DNA of 64,000 nt from Prorocentrum cordatum (taxonomy: Eukaryota): positions 186,001 to 250,000 of the forward strand of contig CAUYUJ010000181.1 in NCBI GenBank assembly GCA_963575745.1, read 5' to 3'. The notes under the pieces are model-generated. The model saw nothing but the letters and a program-made list of their open reading frames with translations, was not told the DNA's origin and ran no database searches. The position numbers and the translations under genes are program-made. Positions 42,189-55,969 of this stretch are shown piece after piece (the stretch's first letter is position 1; every line of letters begins with the position of its first letter).

Positions 42189-44546
42189 GGTATCGATGTG
42201 AATCCCGTGCGCAACTTGGCCAATGCCCCATCAAGCGCGGGCTGCAACAAATACCCTGGCAAGCGGAAGCCCTTGCACCGGTGCGCGTGCACACGTGTCA
42301 GGTACGTGCAGTTTGCTCCCCTGTAATGTACTTGCACCCAAACGGCATGAACCAACATGGCTTGAGGAGGAGGAGGAGGAAGAGGAGGAGGAGGAGGAGG
42401 AGGAGGAGGAGGAGGAGGAGAAGGAGGAGGGGTAGGGGGGAGGAGGAGGTGGAGAGGAGGAGGAGAAGGAGGAGGAGAGGAGGAGGAGGGTGATGAGGAA
42501 GAGGAGGAGGAGAGGAGGAGGAGGAGGAGAGGAGGAGGAGGAGGAGGAGGAGGAGGAGGAGGAGGGGGAGAGGGATGAGGATGAGGATGAGGAGAAGGAG
42601 GGGGAGAAGGAGGAGGAGGAGGAGGAGGAGGAGGAGGAGGAGGAGGAACGGGAGGAAGGGGTGCAGGATAAGGAGGGTACTGAGGGCACTGACTACGCGG
42701 AAGGGCGAGGTCCGCCCTCCCCTCGCTCGGCCGGAGCGCTCTCGCGACTGCCGCCGCGTGCGGGCCCCTCGCGGCCGCCCGCTCCTGGCGACCCAGGAGC
42801 TGTCTGGCGACGGTTCTTGACTCGCGACCTTCTCGAACGTCTTGTGAACCCACTTGCGGAAGTAAGCTCCGCTGATCCCGAGCTCCTTGCCGACCTCGTC
42901 GAGCTCCGAATCCGAGAGCAGCTGGACGAAGCTCAGGACATCCACGCAACTTTGAGGTTCCGCTCCATCAGCTTCGCGCTCCGAAAGTATCCCCGAGAAC
43001 GTCGTAGCGGCCCGCCCGTCGCCTTCGGGTGTATCCGCGCCACCGCCGCCCCCGATCGTGTCGAGGATGGTATCCGTCATCAGCCTCCACTCCACCTCCC
43101 TGTGGTACCTGGCTGTCTCGACCTACGTGAACGCTTCAAGACTCTGCTCCCGCACCTTCGCTGAGGCCCCGTCGAACGAGTGGCCTCCGATGCTCCCTTC
43201 CCCGCCCAACGTCGGGAAGTTCGGAATCGGGCCCAACTTCCCTGCGCCCACGCCTCGTTTTTTTTGTGTAACCCTTTGTTTTTTGCAACCCTTCGTTTTT
43301 TTTGCAATCCTTCGTTTTTTTGTTTTGCAATCCTTCGTTTTTTCTTGCATCACCGTCGTTCCAGGAATCATCCGCGTCGCACGCATCCCCGACGTAGCCA
43401 TGCTCCACCCTGCCGCGCCCCGCAGTGGCCCCCTCGCCGCCTCGCTCTCCGCCGGATCCCCTCTCGGGGCGAAGTGCATGTCCTGCTTGATGCCGCTCCC
43501 GCTCAGTCTGCCAACCGCGGAGGGCGACTCCGATGCCTCCTCATCGCCCTCTTCTCCTTCTGTTCCTTCCTCTCCTTCTTGCTCGCCTTCTCCTGGGTGC
43601 TGGTGGCCTCGACCAACAGCGGCCGATCCCCGATCCGCTGCTGCGGCGGGCCCCCCTTTGCCTCCTCCTCCTCCTTCGGCGTGAGCATCGCCTTGATGTG
43701 CCACAGCCCTGGCCGCGGAGATGGCGGCTCGCTCTTGGTCGCCGCGCGGAGGCCGATCTCGTCCGTCTCCTGCAACCGGTCCGCGATGGCCAGGAGACTC
43801 TGCGGCTGCGGCGCCATCGAAGGACGTGGTGCCGCTGGTGCTGCAGACGGTTCAGACGGCCGCGGGCGCGCCCTGCCTGGGCTGACTGCGACCGCCTGCA
43901 CTGCCACCGAGACCGCCGCATGGACCGCAGCCTGCACGACGTCCGCAACTCGGTCTCCTCCATGAGCACGGGGGGGGGGGAGAGGGCGCGAAGAGCGGCG
44001 CCCGCCGGCCTCCTTCCGCAGGGCGCCGGGGGGTGCCCCGGTGCGCAGGAGGAGGAGGAGGAGGAGGGAGGAGGGGGAGGAGGAGGAGGAGGAGGAGGAG
44101 GAGGTGGGAGGAGGAGGGGAGGAGTGTCTGACCGCTGCGCCCCCTCGCTTGAAAATGCGCGCCGCCATGGCATGGATATATCTGCTGGCTCGAGAGGGCT
44201 CGCCCCTTCGGATCGCCCCCCCCCCTCAGCCCACCTCGGGCGAGAGGGCTTGAGGAGGAGGAGGAGGAGGAGGCGGAGGAGGAGGAGGAGGAGGAGAGGA
44301 GGGGGAGGAGGAGGAGGAGGAGGAGGAGGAGGAGGATGAGGAGGAGGAGGAGGAGGAGAGGAGGAGGAGAGGAGGGGGAGGAAAGGGAGGAAAGGAGAGG
44401 AGGGAGGAGGAGGAGGGGAGGAGGAGGAGGAGGAGGAGGAGGAGGAGAAGGAGGGAGGAGAAGGAGGAGAGGAGTAGGAGTAGGAGTAGGAGGAGGAGAG
44501 GAGGAGGAGGAGGAGGAGGGGAGGGGGATGGGGATGATGATGATGT

Positions 44547-44582
<36 letters not shown>

Positions 44583-46143
44583 CGATGATGACGATGATGA
44601 TGATGATGAGGAGGAGGAGGAGGAGAAGGAAGGAAGAGGAGGAGGAGGAGGAGGAGGAAAGGGAGGAGGGGGCAAGGAGGAGGAGGATGATGAGGAGGAA
44701 GCGCAGAACGTCTCCTTGCGCCTGGACGGCGGCATCGCGCCCGTGGGGGGCCGAGCTGCACCCAGAACGACGAGGGAGACCATCCCATGTCGGGCATTGG
44801 CAAGACTGGGTTTAAGAAGACCTGGTTTAGCGATGTGTACTTGGCGACGCCCCCCCGCCCCATTCCACTAACCAGAACTGCCGTCACCCGAAAAACACCA
44901 GCTACGGCAGACCTGGTTGAGTGATTCCCATCCATATTTGCACATCTGGGCCCAATCACTAACCGGCTCCCCTCAACCGGGGTCATGGCTAGACCCGACC
45001 ATGGTCGGGCACACCGCGGCCCCCAGACCACACATTGAAGGCACACACACAAATATACAAATCCCAGGAGTCCCCATACTTTCCCATACTTTCTAGGTTT
45101 TCGTGTTCCCCTCCCCCCACTTCCCATGTTTTTCTGCATGTTCCTGGGGATCGACGCTTATTTGTGTAGGTGTGTGTTTCTTCCCCTCCTGAAGCATGAA
45201 GCCTGCCGATGCAAGTTCCGCTCGTCCACCCCACAGCTGCAGCGAGCAACCGGGGACTCAGAAAAGAAAAGAGTACCCATACCGCTACCCTTCGCCGGTT
45301 TCCCCCTTTCTGGGGCCTCCTGGGAGGCCCATGTCGCCATTGGTGGATTCGCCTCGAAATTCTGGTCAAAACGCATCTCGGGAGAGAGATCCGGGGAGCA
45401 GCGGCATCGGTACCATGTGGTTTCCCAAGGGACACCTTGGCTCAGGGACACTTTCAGGCAGCCCCCGACGGCTTCTTGCGCGGGCAGCTTCGCAGCACGG
45501 CTGCTTCTCTGACTCTCGCTCTGCGATCTGTTGACTTTCACTTGTGCCTCGACGTGCATCCTCAAGCGTCCATCTCAAGACTTGAACCTGGATCACATCA
45601 GAAATACAAGCTGTTACAGACATTTTGGCAAGTACACCGCCGCCAAGATGCATCCCCTGACACACATATCTTGCCTTTGCTTTGGGCGCCCGAAATGAGT
45701 ACGAAGAACATGGGTACGATGCCCAACAGCACATCTTGTCGAAACCCGAGAGCGGTCGCTGTTGGGCGGCCGGCCTTCTGTCTCAAATGGACAACGACCG
45801 CGGCGACGCTGACAACGAACCCTGCTCAGAATGAACATGAACTGATGTTGGATGCTGTACCTATTGTTTCAGCACCCATTTCGGCCGTGTGAGGGGGAAC
45901 GGTAAAGGGGGGGACTGGCATAGGGGTGGACGCATCGAACTGGGATCGGCGATGCATCGCCGATAGATCGGCGATAGGCCACCGATAGGGAATCCGCACG
46001 TTCCTGGACGGGCTGGGGCTATGGGGCCCCTTATCGGCGATCAGAGGGCGGTTGGGGTCGATGCATATCCCCATTAGGTCTCTCCGCCCCTGTCGTTGCC
46101 CCTAAAACCGTGCCGATTCGCAAAGCTTGCGCCGTACAGAGAT

Positions 46144-46305
46144 GAAGGGGCCCTGGGACACACAAATAAATACACACAAATAAAAATATTCCCCATATTT
46201 TCACATATTTTCTGGGTTTTTGTCTTCCCCCCACTTCCCATGTTTTCCCATATTGTCTGGGGAATCTACGATGAATTGTGTCTGTGTGTTCCTTACCCTC
46301 CTGAA
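46144..46305 (+). repeat. Dispersed ~150-bp repeat (GGGACACACAAATAAA..CCCATATTTT..TTGTGTCTGTGTGTT..CCTCCTGAA); copies 15411-16141 (split), ~45037-45193, ~57861-58029, ~59296-59451
   Basis: Five alignable copies, all on the + strand. Confidence 0.8.
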
Positions 46306-46487
46306 GAGAGGCCTGATCCGCGCGGATTTCTCGCATCGGCGCTGGGCCCCCCTGGCGCCGCCCCTGGCCAGGGGAAGGGGGTGCAGCGCGATGCGGGGAA
46401 TCCGCGCGGACCTCCGAGCTTTATGCTCATGTCATTATCCGTTCCCCTGGAGGCGGGCAGGGCAGTGAGCGTGTGTCGCTGTGCGTA

Positions 46488-46658
46488 CTAGGAAGGCACC
46501 AACTATACACCAACGCCGGTCCTGGCCAGGCTCCCCCTGGGCCCAGGGTCGGTGTACACGCCCTCCTGCCTTGCGCAAGAAGGCATATACACCGATCCTG
46601 GGCCCAGGGTGATCCTGGGCCAGGACCGGTGTTGGTATATAGTTGGTGCCCTCCGATG
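46488..46658. mobile_element. Small TA-flanked MITE (Tc1/mariner-like), ~35-bp TIR
   Basis: GGAAGGCACCAACTATACACCAACGCCGGTCCTGG vs CCAGGACCGGTGTTGGTATATAGTTGGTGCCCTCC; TA on both sides. Confidence 0.6.
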
Positions 46659-47184
46659 TACGGCCAGGAACTTCTCGGCTACACGCAAGGAGTGACCCTG
46701 GGCAAGGGTGACCTCGGGTGCGCGACTTAACCGGGGGACGCGGGGGGGCCAAACCTGGGCGCGCAAGCCGCTGCTACCGGTTCGCGTTCGGCGATCGGGG
46801 GGCCCCATTGGGCCCGCATCAAAAGTCACTCCAACGAAATATTACTCGTACGTGTAATCGAACTTTTGAAGGGCGCGCCGCTGGATGGCTCCAAGGAGGG
46901 GGGGGGGCCCCCCCCCTTTCTGCGAGCCGTCGTCGGGGACCCCCCCCCTCCCCCCCTTTCCCGGTCCGTCGTTGGGGAACCTCCTCCCCCCCCCTTCCTT
47001 TCAAAAGGGGAAAGGGGGGGTCCGACCCCCCCCACCCCCCTCCCCCCTTTTGGCCGCCAAATTCGACCCCCCCCCCCTTTCGCCACGGCGCCCCATGGCT
47101 CTGGAACCCTAGCCCTGCCACTCCTTACGCTACCACCCCGACCACCCGTAACCCAAAGCCCAAACCCTAACCCTAGCCCCAAGC

Positions 47185-48435
47185 AGTACTCAGTACAGTT
47201 ATTCACCACTCACTACCCACTGTTCACTACTCGCTACTCACTACTCAATTCTCCCTACTCACTGCTCACTACTCACGACTCACTACCCACTACTCTCTAC
47301 CCACTACCCACTACTCACTACGCACTACTCAGTACTCACTACCCCCAACTCACTACTCACTCCTCACTACTCACTGCCCACTACCCGATACTAACCACTC
47401 ACTAAACACTACTCACTACCCACTACTCACTACTCATTGATCACTGCTGACTACCCATTAACCACTATCCACTACTCACTACTGGGTACTCACAGTTCAC
47501 TACTCACTACTCACTACTCACTACTCATTACTCAGTATCAGTTGCTCGCTACTCGCTACTCCCTACTCCTTACACAGTACTCACTGCTCACTACCCACTA
47601 CTCACTACTCGCTACTCCCTACGCGTTACTCGCTACCCGATACGCAATATTCACTACCCACTACGCACTACTCACGACTCAGTACTCCCTACTCCCTACT
47701 CACGAGTCACTCGTCAAAACGCCACTACTAACCACTCCCTACTCAATACTCACTACTCACTACTCACGGCTCACTACTCACTACTCACTACTCTCTACTC
47801 GCTACCTCCTACGCAAGATCAAATACTCACTACCCAATGCTCACTTATTATTACGCGATAGCCGCTACTCACTCCTCCCTACTCACTACTCACTACTCCC
47901 TACTCGCTAGTCACTACTCCCTACTCATTACTCACTACTGACTACTCACTCCTCACCACTCACTATTCACAATGCCCTACTCGCTACTCACTATTCACAA
48001 CTCTCTACTCCCTACTCGCTACTCACTACTCACTACCCACTCCCCACTACGCACTACTCACTACCAGTACTAGCTACTCCCTACCCGCTACTCCCTACTC
48101 ACCACGCACTACTGACTATTCCCTCCTCATTACTCACCACTCACAATGCACTACTCACTACTCGCTACTCCCTACTCGCTACTCACTGCTCACTACCCAC
48201 TCCCCACTCCCCACTACTCACTACTCGCTACTCACTACTCACTACTCACTACTCACTGCGCACTACTCCCTTCTCACTACTCGCTACTCACTACTCGCTA
48301 CTCACTACTCACTACTCACTGCGCACTACTCCCTACCCCCTACTCGCTACTCACTACTCACTCCTCACTACTCGCTACTATCTACTCACTACTCACTATT
48401 CACTACTCACCAGTGTCTACTCACTACTCACTAGT
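47185..48435. repeat. Degenerate 7-mer (CTACTCA)n satellite, ~1.25 kb
   Basis: Direct reading. Confidence 0.95.
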
Positions 48436-48999
48436 CAGTATCCCGAAGCCAGACCCCCCCCCTTGCGGGAGAGGCCCCCTCCACGGCCCCGTGTTCGGCG
48501 CAAAGGGGGGAGGGGGGGGGAGGGGGTTCGAATCTCCACTCCTCTCCCCTTCCAGCGCCAAGGGGGGAAGGGGGAGGGGTCGAAAATCTCACCCCCCCCT
48601 TTGAAGGGGGGGAGGGGGGGGTTATGCGAGCACCCCCCCCCCTTTCCAATTACAGGGTCATCCACTGGCGCGCTTTCGATCTTTTGCGTAGCGTGTCGTT
48701 GCGGCGGCCACGGCGACACGGTCAGTATGACTTACGAGCGAACAGCCTGACAGCGTGTCGCTCCGCTTCGTAGGGCGGCAAGCTAGGGAAAGCTCGGGAC
48801 GCTCCCGCTTGGGAACTGGGATGTGGATAGCGTGTCGCGCCGCAGCGTGGTTGGCCAGAACTGGCGGAACGACGTGCTCTCTAACAGTTCTTGACCAAAG
48901 GGCCTGGCCCGCCAGCGGTCAGTCTGGAAGGGCTTTGTGCTGAGCCCGGCCCGCGACGCTCAGACGTCTGCGTGTGTGTGCACACGGTGTTTCTCATAG

Positions 49000-49476
49000 A
49001 TGTGCTGCGACCAAGTTTTGCTTACCACCAACGACGGCACGGACTCGCCCTCAATGGACACAGTTACCCGCCGCTGGGCCAAATGGTTTTCTGACCGCCA
49101 AGTGCACCTGCAGCAGATCTCTTGGGGCACTTCGCAGACCTGTAGCTTGGGCGTTCAGCATCCTGCGCGCTTTCGTCGGCGCTTGGCTCACCTCGGCCAG
49201 GATCATACCATGTGTGGGCTGCGCAGCTGTATCTTCGGGTGGGAGGACTGTCAGGACGAGATTGCTCACTACTGGGAATATCGAGGCCTGGCCTGGGGTG
49301 TCGCCATGGCGAAGTCTGGTGGGCGCCAGCATCTTGCCGCGGATGTCTTGGACAGATGGGGGCTTCGTGGCGCTAACAAAGACGATCTTCTGAACACGCA
49401 GCTGGCTACCATCATCTATCAGGAGGTTCGCCATTCGGATCATGTTGCACCCGAATCCCTGCTCAATGCCGCTTAG
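49000..49476 (+). pseudogene. 3' fragment of LINE ORF2 (C-terminal Zn-knuckle region), frameshifted
   Basis: ILRAFVGAWLTSARI joined across frames to SCIFGWEDCQDEIAHYW. Confidence 0.5.
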
Positions 49477-50504
49477 GGGGCGCTCAAAGTGTGTGCCCTA
49501 GCGCATCATTGCGCTGGTCGCGCGCGTCGTGGGTCTCGCTGTCCAGCGAAACAAATCAAACCGGAGCCTTTGCCCGTGGGTTTCGGACCCGGCTCAGCCC
49601 GCTCTGCTGACGCCCTCGAGGATATCCCGTTCAGCCGTTGCACAGTTCATGACAAGTTACCGCATCGCGTTTGCGTTCCTGCACTTCTTGGTCACACTCG
49701 CTACGCCCCGCTTGCTCCAGCTTTCGCAGATTCAGCTGCCCAGGAGTGGCTGCGGGAACTTGCGTCGCGGTCATTACTGTGGGCTCTCGACTGGCTGACC
49801 TCCGTCTTCCCAGAGGACACTGGCAATGCCGACCTCGATAGCTGGATGGTGTGGGGTATCGGCTATGTTATGTTGATGTTTTGCTTAAGTATTCGGTGCT
49901 CGAGGCGCTCTTCACCATGATTCCAGCCCCCACTGGTGAGAGGATAACAGTGGAGGCCAGTCCACAAGAAACCTTCCACAAGAAACCCAACCCTGAGACC
50001 CCAGGACTTCATTTGGTTTTTGGTGTGGGAACGTCACGCTCTCCATGGCAACACCATCGAAACCCAAGAAATCCAGGGCACCCTGGAAGCAAGCAGGGTG
50101 TTCCTTGACATGGGCCTCCCCACTGTAGCACGGCATCTGCAATTTGCCATGCTGGCTGGCACGACTCGGCCGTCGGGCGCACGCGCACATCTTCTTGGGC
50201 ATCCGACGCTTGTGGCCCGGTCATGAGCATCTTCGGCTGCAAGCACGTCGCAGTGAGGCGGAGGAACCTCTACTGCAGCGTGCAGGGGCTCCCGATCGTA
50301 GGACCGCTCTGCACTGGCTTGGCGTGGATGCATACTGTAGCTCACGAGGGGGGAAGGAGGACGAGAAGGAGGAGGAGAAGGAGGAGGAGGAGGAGGAGGA
50401 GGAGAGCGCGAGAGAGACGAGCGCGCGAGATAGAGAAAGAGAGAAAGAGAGAGAGAGGGAGAGAGAGAGAGATAACAAACTGATACCAGAGAAAAAATAC
50501 AATC

Positions 50505-50725
50505 ATGGGGCTATTGGGCTATACGGCTATAGGGCTATAGGGTTATTGAGCTATAGGGCTATAGGGCTATAGAGCTGTAAGGCTATAGGGCTATAGGGCT
50601 ATTGGGCTGTAGGGCTATAGGGCCAGAGGGCACCCCCGGGCACCCGGGCACCCCCGGGCACGCCCGGGCACCCGGGCACCCAGACACCCGGGCACCCGGG
50701 CACCCCCGGGCACCCGGGGACCCAA
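50505..50725. repeat. Adjacent (GGGCTATA)n and (GGGCACCC)n 8-mer arrays
   Basis: Direct reading. Confidence 0.9.
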
Positions 50726-50875
50726 GCGTGCGGCGAAAATCGGCGGCAAACCTAACCTAACCATATGAATCCGCTAGGACCCCTACAGAGGCAAGCACTG
50801 ATTGGGGAATAACGAACGTGAGAGTGTGAGCGAGAGAGAAAGACAGAGAGAGAGAGAGAGTGAAATGGAGAGAGT

Positions 50876-50906
<31 letters not shown>

Positions 50907-52939
50907 CGAGAGAGCGAGAGAGAGAGAGACAGAGATATGAGAATGATGGGAATGACCAGCATGCGGTCACAGGATTCTGCCTCGGAGGGGCCAATTGGCG
51001 CTTGGTTCCTAGATGCGCAAACCCTAACGATGCGTCGTCTTGTAATTCGGAGCCTACATGCAGGGCTCAAGGCTGTGGCCTCGATAGCAGCTGCTAGGAC
51101 CCTCAGCATGGGGGCTCAAGTCGAAGCTAAGAGGGGGGAGATGAAGAGGAGGGTCGGCAGGAGTCGAAGCAGGAGAAAGACAATGGACGAGGAACAGTGG
51201 GTATGGCAGGAGGGCCAGTATCGCTCAATCGATTTTCGACTTGCTGCTGCTCAGCGTCGTGCTGGCAACGCCCATTTTCGCCTCGCAGCGAACTACCTCA
51301 CCAGGTCGGAGGTCCTTCGCCACCTCGTCCAAAGCAGGGGGCCCCGTGTTCGGGATTCCGGCTGCACGGTGAGTGATCACGCCGCGTGGTCAGATCAATA
51401 CGCCAGCCCGTGCCCTCGGCAGTCCGCGTCGAGGCGGCGGCAGAAAATCGAGAAGATCGAAAGCTGTAATCTACAAGCACGACGGTTCGACAGACCTGCT
51501 CATAGCAATGCTCCATCTCGTGCTGGTACTGCCGCGTCCACATGCGGCTTCGAACGGTACCACGAACCATCCTCCTCGACTCGTTGCCGTCTCGGCACGG
51601 CATAGAACACATCAGCACACCTCTGCGAGTCAGAAGCCAGCCTACAATGCACAGGTGGACACCATACGTGCAAAAGGAATCAGACATGTATTAGGAGGGC
51701 GAGGAGTGGGGAGGGAAGTTGAAGAGGGGTACGATAAAGGAATTGTGCAACTGTTGGACATTTGAAAATTAGGGCTGTACTCCGGTTGTGTGGAATTTGA
51801 AATGGGAGCGCGACGTGGACGATCACCCGCCCATCACCTGTCTTACTGTTATGCCTATTACAGCCTGAGATTCAGGATGCTGGAATCACACCAGCTTCTT
51901 GAGAGTGGATGGGTTATCGAGCAGCAGCTCTTCCAAAACCAACACTTCCTCCCCTTCGAGGAAGAGTTTACCCATCCCCCTGCCCTCCCTGGGGTCTGGA
52001 CCAGGGGGCTCGCGACGGATGAGATGAGCCAAGATGACCCACATAGCCCGATGCAAACCTCAACGGCGCCACGAGATGGCCCAATATGGCCTACAGCGTG
52101 GCTCCAAGAGGACGCAAGATGGATTTGAGGTGGACCAGGGTCTCCCGAGGATGTCGCCGAGAGGCCAAAATCAGCTTTTCGGTGCATCCCCGCCGTTCGC
52201 CTTTTCGGCTCCTGGTGGAGATCTGATGCCTCTAGAGGGCCCTGGTGTGTCCCAGGAGAGCTCTGCATGGGGAGGGGGGCCGGCCCGAAGAGAGCCTGAA
52301 GACCCCCGGGGCATCCCAGGGTATTCTCAGCAGGTAGAGCTCAGCTGCGCCAGGCGTACGAGCGGCTCCCCCAAGCTGGGCTACCGCTGCACTGGTCGAG
52401 GCCGCTCGCAGCTGGGCGAAACCACGTCGAGCCAGTCACGGATGAACTCCGCAAAAGCTTTCCTCAGGTACGCTGACAGGCGCCATGCCAGGCCAAGTCC
52501 AACTAAGCTCGCCTGCGCCAGGCTGCGCTAAACCAAGCGGAACAGAACTAGGCTAAATCAGGCCGAGGAAGGAGAAACCCAGGCCACAGTCAAAACTGAA
52601 AGTAAGGATGCGCGATAAGGATGCAACGGCCTTGGACGCCCATGTCGAAGCTTTTCGAGCAGGGTTGGCCATCGAAAGGAGATGAAGATAGACAGAGGAG
52701 GCATGGATGCAAAGGTACCCCTGGGACGGTTGCCCAAGACTGATGCCCCTTTTGTTCCCCAATCAGTGCTTGCACTGAAGGGGTCCTCGCGGAAGTTGAA
52801 AGATTTGGCGAAAACGTCCCGCCGATTTTGGTCGCATGCTGGGATCCCAGGTTCCCGGTTCGAAATTCCCGGGTTCCGGGTTCCGGGTTCTGGGCCGATT
52901 TCGGAGGGCGGCGAGGTTCCCGGTTTCCCGGGTTCCTCG

Positions 52940-53200
52940 TCGATCTTCGTATCGATCGGTCTCACCATCGATCTCATTACCCACTTCTCGATCGATCTCA
53001 CCATCGGTCTCACAATCGATCTCACTATCGATCTCACAAGCGATCTCACTAGAGATCGCATGAACGATCTCGCGATCAATATCACTATCGATCTCATTGA
53101 ATCGATTTCACTCTCGGTCTCACGATCTACCTTACAATCGTCCTCACTACCGATTACACAATCGATCTCATTATCGATATCACAATCGATCTCAAGATCC
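52940..53200. repeat. 12-mer (ATCGATCTCACN)n minisatellite, preceded by (CCCGGTT)-like repeats
   Basis: Direct reading. Confidence 0.9.
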
Positions 53201-55969
53201 ATGGGATTAATTTTCAAATCATCCAATGGTTGGGGTTTTCTCAGGTGTAATGGTTCTTTATGATACTCCATCTCCCGTCTCGCGAAATTTGATTGTATTC
53301 ATAAGCTGCAGAAGGGCTGGTGGAAATTTGCGACGCGTCGAAGTCGTGAGGGAAAACCATACTGCAGTCCCGGCCCACCCTACTGGGTCTCCTGGTGGCA
53401 CAACGAGGAAAAGTAATTTAGAAGGAAGCAGGGGATATGAGCAGAACGATGAAGTACAAGAGGGGTTGCAGGATTGAGACGAGCTGGATGGGGTGGAAGG
53501 GAATGAGGAGGCCTGAGGAGCAGGACGAGGAGAAGGGAAGATGAGGTGGATTATGGGGAGGAGGAGGAGGAAAATGAGGAGAGGGATGGGACAGACTGAC
53601 AGATAGCAGCCTGGCGCTGAAGAGAGTAGGCGGACAAATGCATCACAACGTAGGACGCCAAAAGTACTGGCGTGCACATGGCAAAGCAGACAAGGATGAC
53701 GGTTGAGAGGGGGAGGAAAATGAAGGTCTGACGAGGTAATCAGAGTATCAGCCAAGGTCTGGGCCGTGCCCATTTGCTGCAGAAGACGATATGGATCTCA
53801 TCGACATCTCGAGGCAGAATCTCGAGAAGCAGTGATGCTGCCCACTTGCAAACAACAGTTGACCGACACGATCTGCGACGCGGCTCCCAGTTCTCGACGG
53901 AGTGGGAAGGCGTCTCGCGGGAGGAAACCTACGTTCTGTCGAAAGACCCTACACTAAAAGACATTCACCCCACCACGCTTTTCAGCGGTAAGCGTAAGTC
54001 GAAGGTGGGAAGAGGAGGGAAGCAATGAGTGATTCGGAGGAATTGTGACAGAAGCCAACATCGCGCAACACTGCCAGGGGTGAACTTCGCAACCACCGAT
54101 TGCAATAGGTCGTCCTCGTGGCACAGAGCCAGCTTGCAAGCCCCCTCGGAAAGGCGTGCGAAATGCACGTCTCCAATGTACTTCAAGACAAGGGGAGCTT
54201 CCATTAAAGGCTGCTTGCAAAGTTTAATTCAAAGCAATCAAGCCAGACCCTTCGCATGCACGGTCAGTGCAACGCCCTCGGGGGTTCGGTCGAGGATGAT
54301 GATGATGCTGATAATGATGATGACGATGATGATGCTGATAGTGATGATGCTGATGACCATGATGAAGATGTTGTTGTTGATGATGCTGCTGATGATGATG
54401 AGGAGGAGGAGGAAGGGAAGTAGTGGGACGGCGACAGGCGATTCACCTCGCAGCCCTTGCGAAGGCCTCCTTACCCTCCGCTTCTGCCATCCCTTACAAG
54501 CAGCCGAGCACGCGGGCAGAACTGCAGCCGACCCGTATCATAAGGATGCACGATAAGGATGCAGACTGCACTCCGATTCTGCTGGCGTGCACCGCCACGC
54601 GACAACTCACGGGCTCTTGCTCTCCTCGTCCCGCAAGACCCTCTCGTACAACACTGGCTCGGGCGGCTCGGGCGCGGGCGCGACCTCCGTGCTCGCGGGG
54701 CTCCCGGCACGCGAGGGCGCGCCGTCCCAGGCCAGAACGGTCTGGAACGCCTGGAGACAAGAACACACAACATGAACGTAAGCGAGCACATCAAGCATAG
54801 CAACACAAAGAAACACCAGCAAGCAACACAACTAGCACACATGAGCAACAGTGGACAACAGTAAGCACGCAGCAACGAAAAACGCAGAGAAACAACAGCA
54901 AACAGCATAAACGAAAACGTCTGGAGGTCTGCGCGGATGTCGTGGATCGGCACTTGGGACCCCCTGGCCCCTGGCGCGCGGAGCGCGCCAGGGGCGACGC
55001 CAGAGGCGCCGCCAAGGGGCTCGGCGCCACTCCAAGAAAGCCGCGCGGAACTCCGAAAAGACCAGCCCGAGGAGGAGGAGGATGAGGAGGAGGAGATGGA
55101 GGAGGAGGAGCTCCATCAATTCTTCTTCGAGGTCGGGGGCGCACCAACCCGGGCCAGCCCATGCCCGGGTCGGCCAGGGCCCTGTCGTGAAGCCCCGCCG
55201 CTGCGTCGAGGTGCAGCGCTGGGGGGGAGACCAGCCTGGAGGAAGGACGCATCGAGAGCTGGAATCGGCGGTACATCGCCGCTGTATCGGCGATTGGTCC
55301 TCGATGGCAAGCCCGCACGTGTTCGGTGGCAACTCATGGGAGCCTCCCATACCATCTTATCGGCTCTTGCGAATCGACGCTCGTCGACGCTAGATCGGCG
55401 CTAATGGACGCTGGCCGACGCAAAATCGGCGCTACCTCGTCGCCTCCCAGACGCTGGACGGAATCAGCAGGGTACGCCAGGCCTCCCATGATTGGCTACC
55501 GAACACGTGGGCTATCGGGCCCCCATCGGCGATCAAGGGGCGATTGTGGGTCGATGCGCCCCCCCCCCAGAGACGGCCCCCCGCGAGTGTTGCCCCCTGA
55601 CTGGTACAGCTCCCCAGGCCCGGGTCAGCGGAGAACGGAAAAGGGCAATCGGCCCCGCGTGGCTCCCAAACCCGCTCTTGCACGACTGTGCTCTCAGGTT
55701 CCGGCCTCTGTATCTCTGCTGTCGCTCGTCCTCGCCCCTGGGCATTCCCCTGGGCTTTCCCCTGGTATCCTCGCTCCTGCTGCGCCGCGGGGCCCGCCCA
55801 TTGGCCCCCTCATGGGCCCCGCCCCTGGGCCGCAGAGCCCGCAATCTTCCTTGCTGTTCGTCGTCGTCGTCGCCGTGCTCGTAGTCGTCGTCGTAGTGGT
55901 GCTCCTCGTCGTCGTCGTCGTCGTCCTCGTCCTCGTCCTCGTCGTCCTCGTCGTCGTCGTCGTCGTCGT

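Noticed and set aside
47140..47180. Telomere
   Set aside because: Only a few degenerate CCCTAA-like units, internal, and not the TTTAGGG array expected at dinoflagellate chromosome ends.
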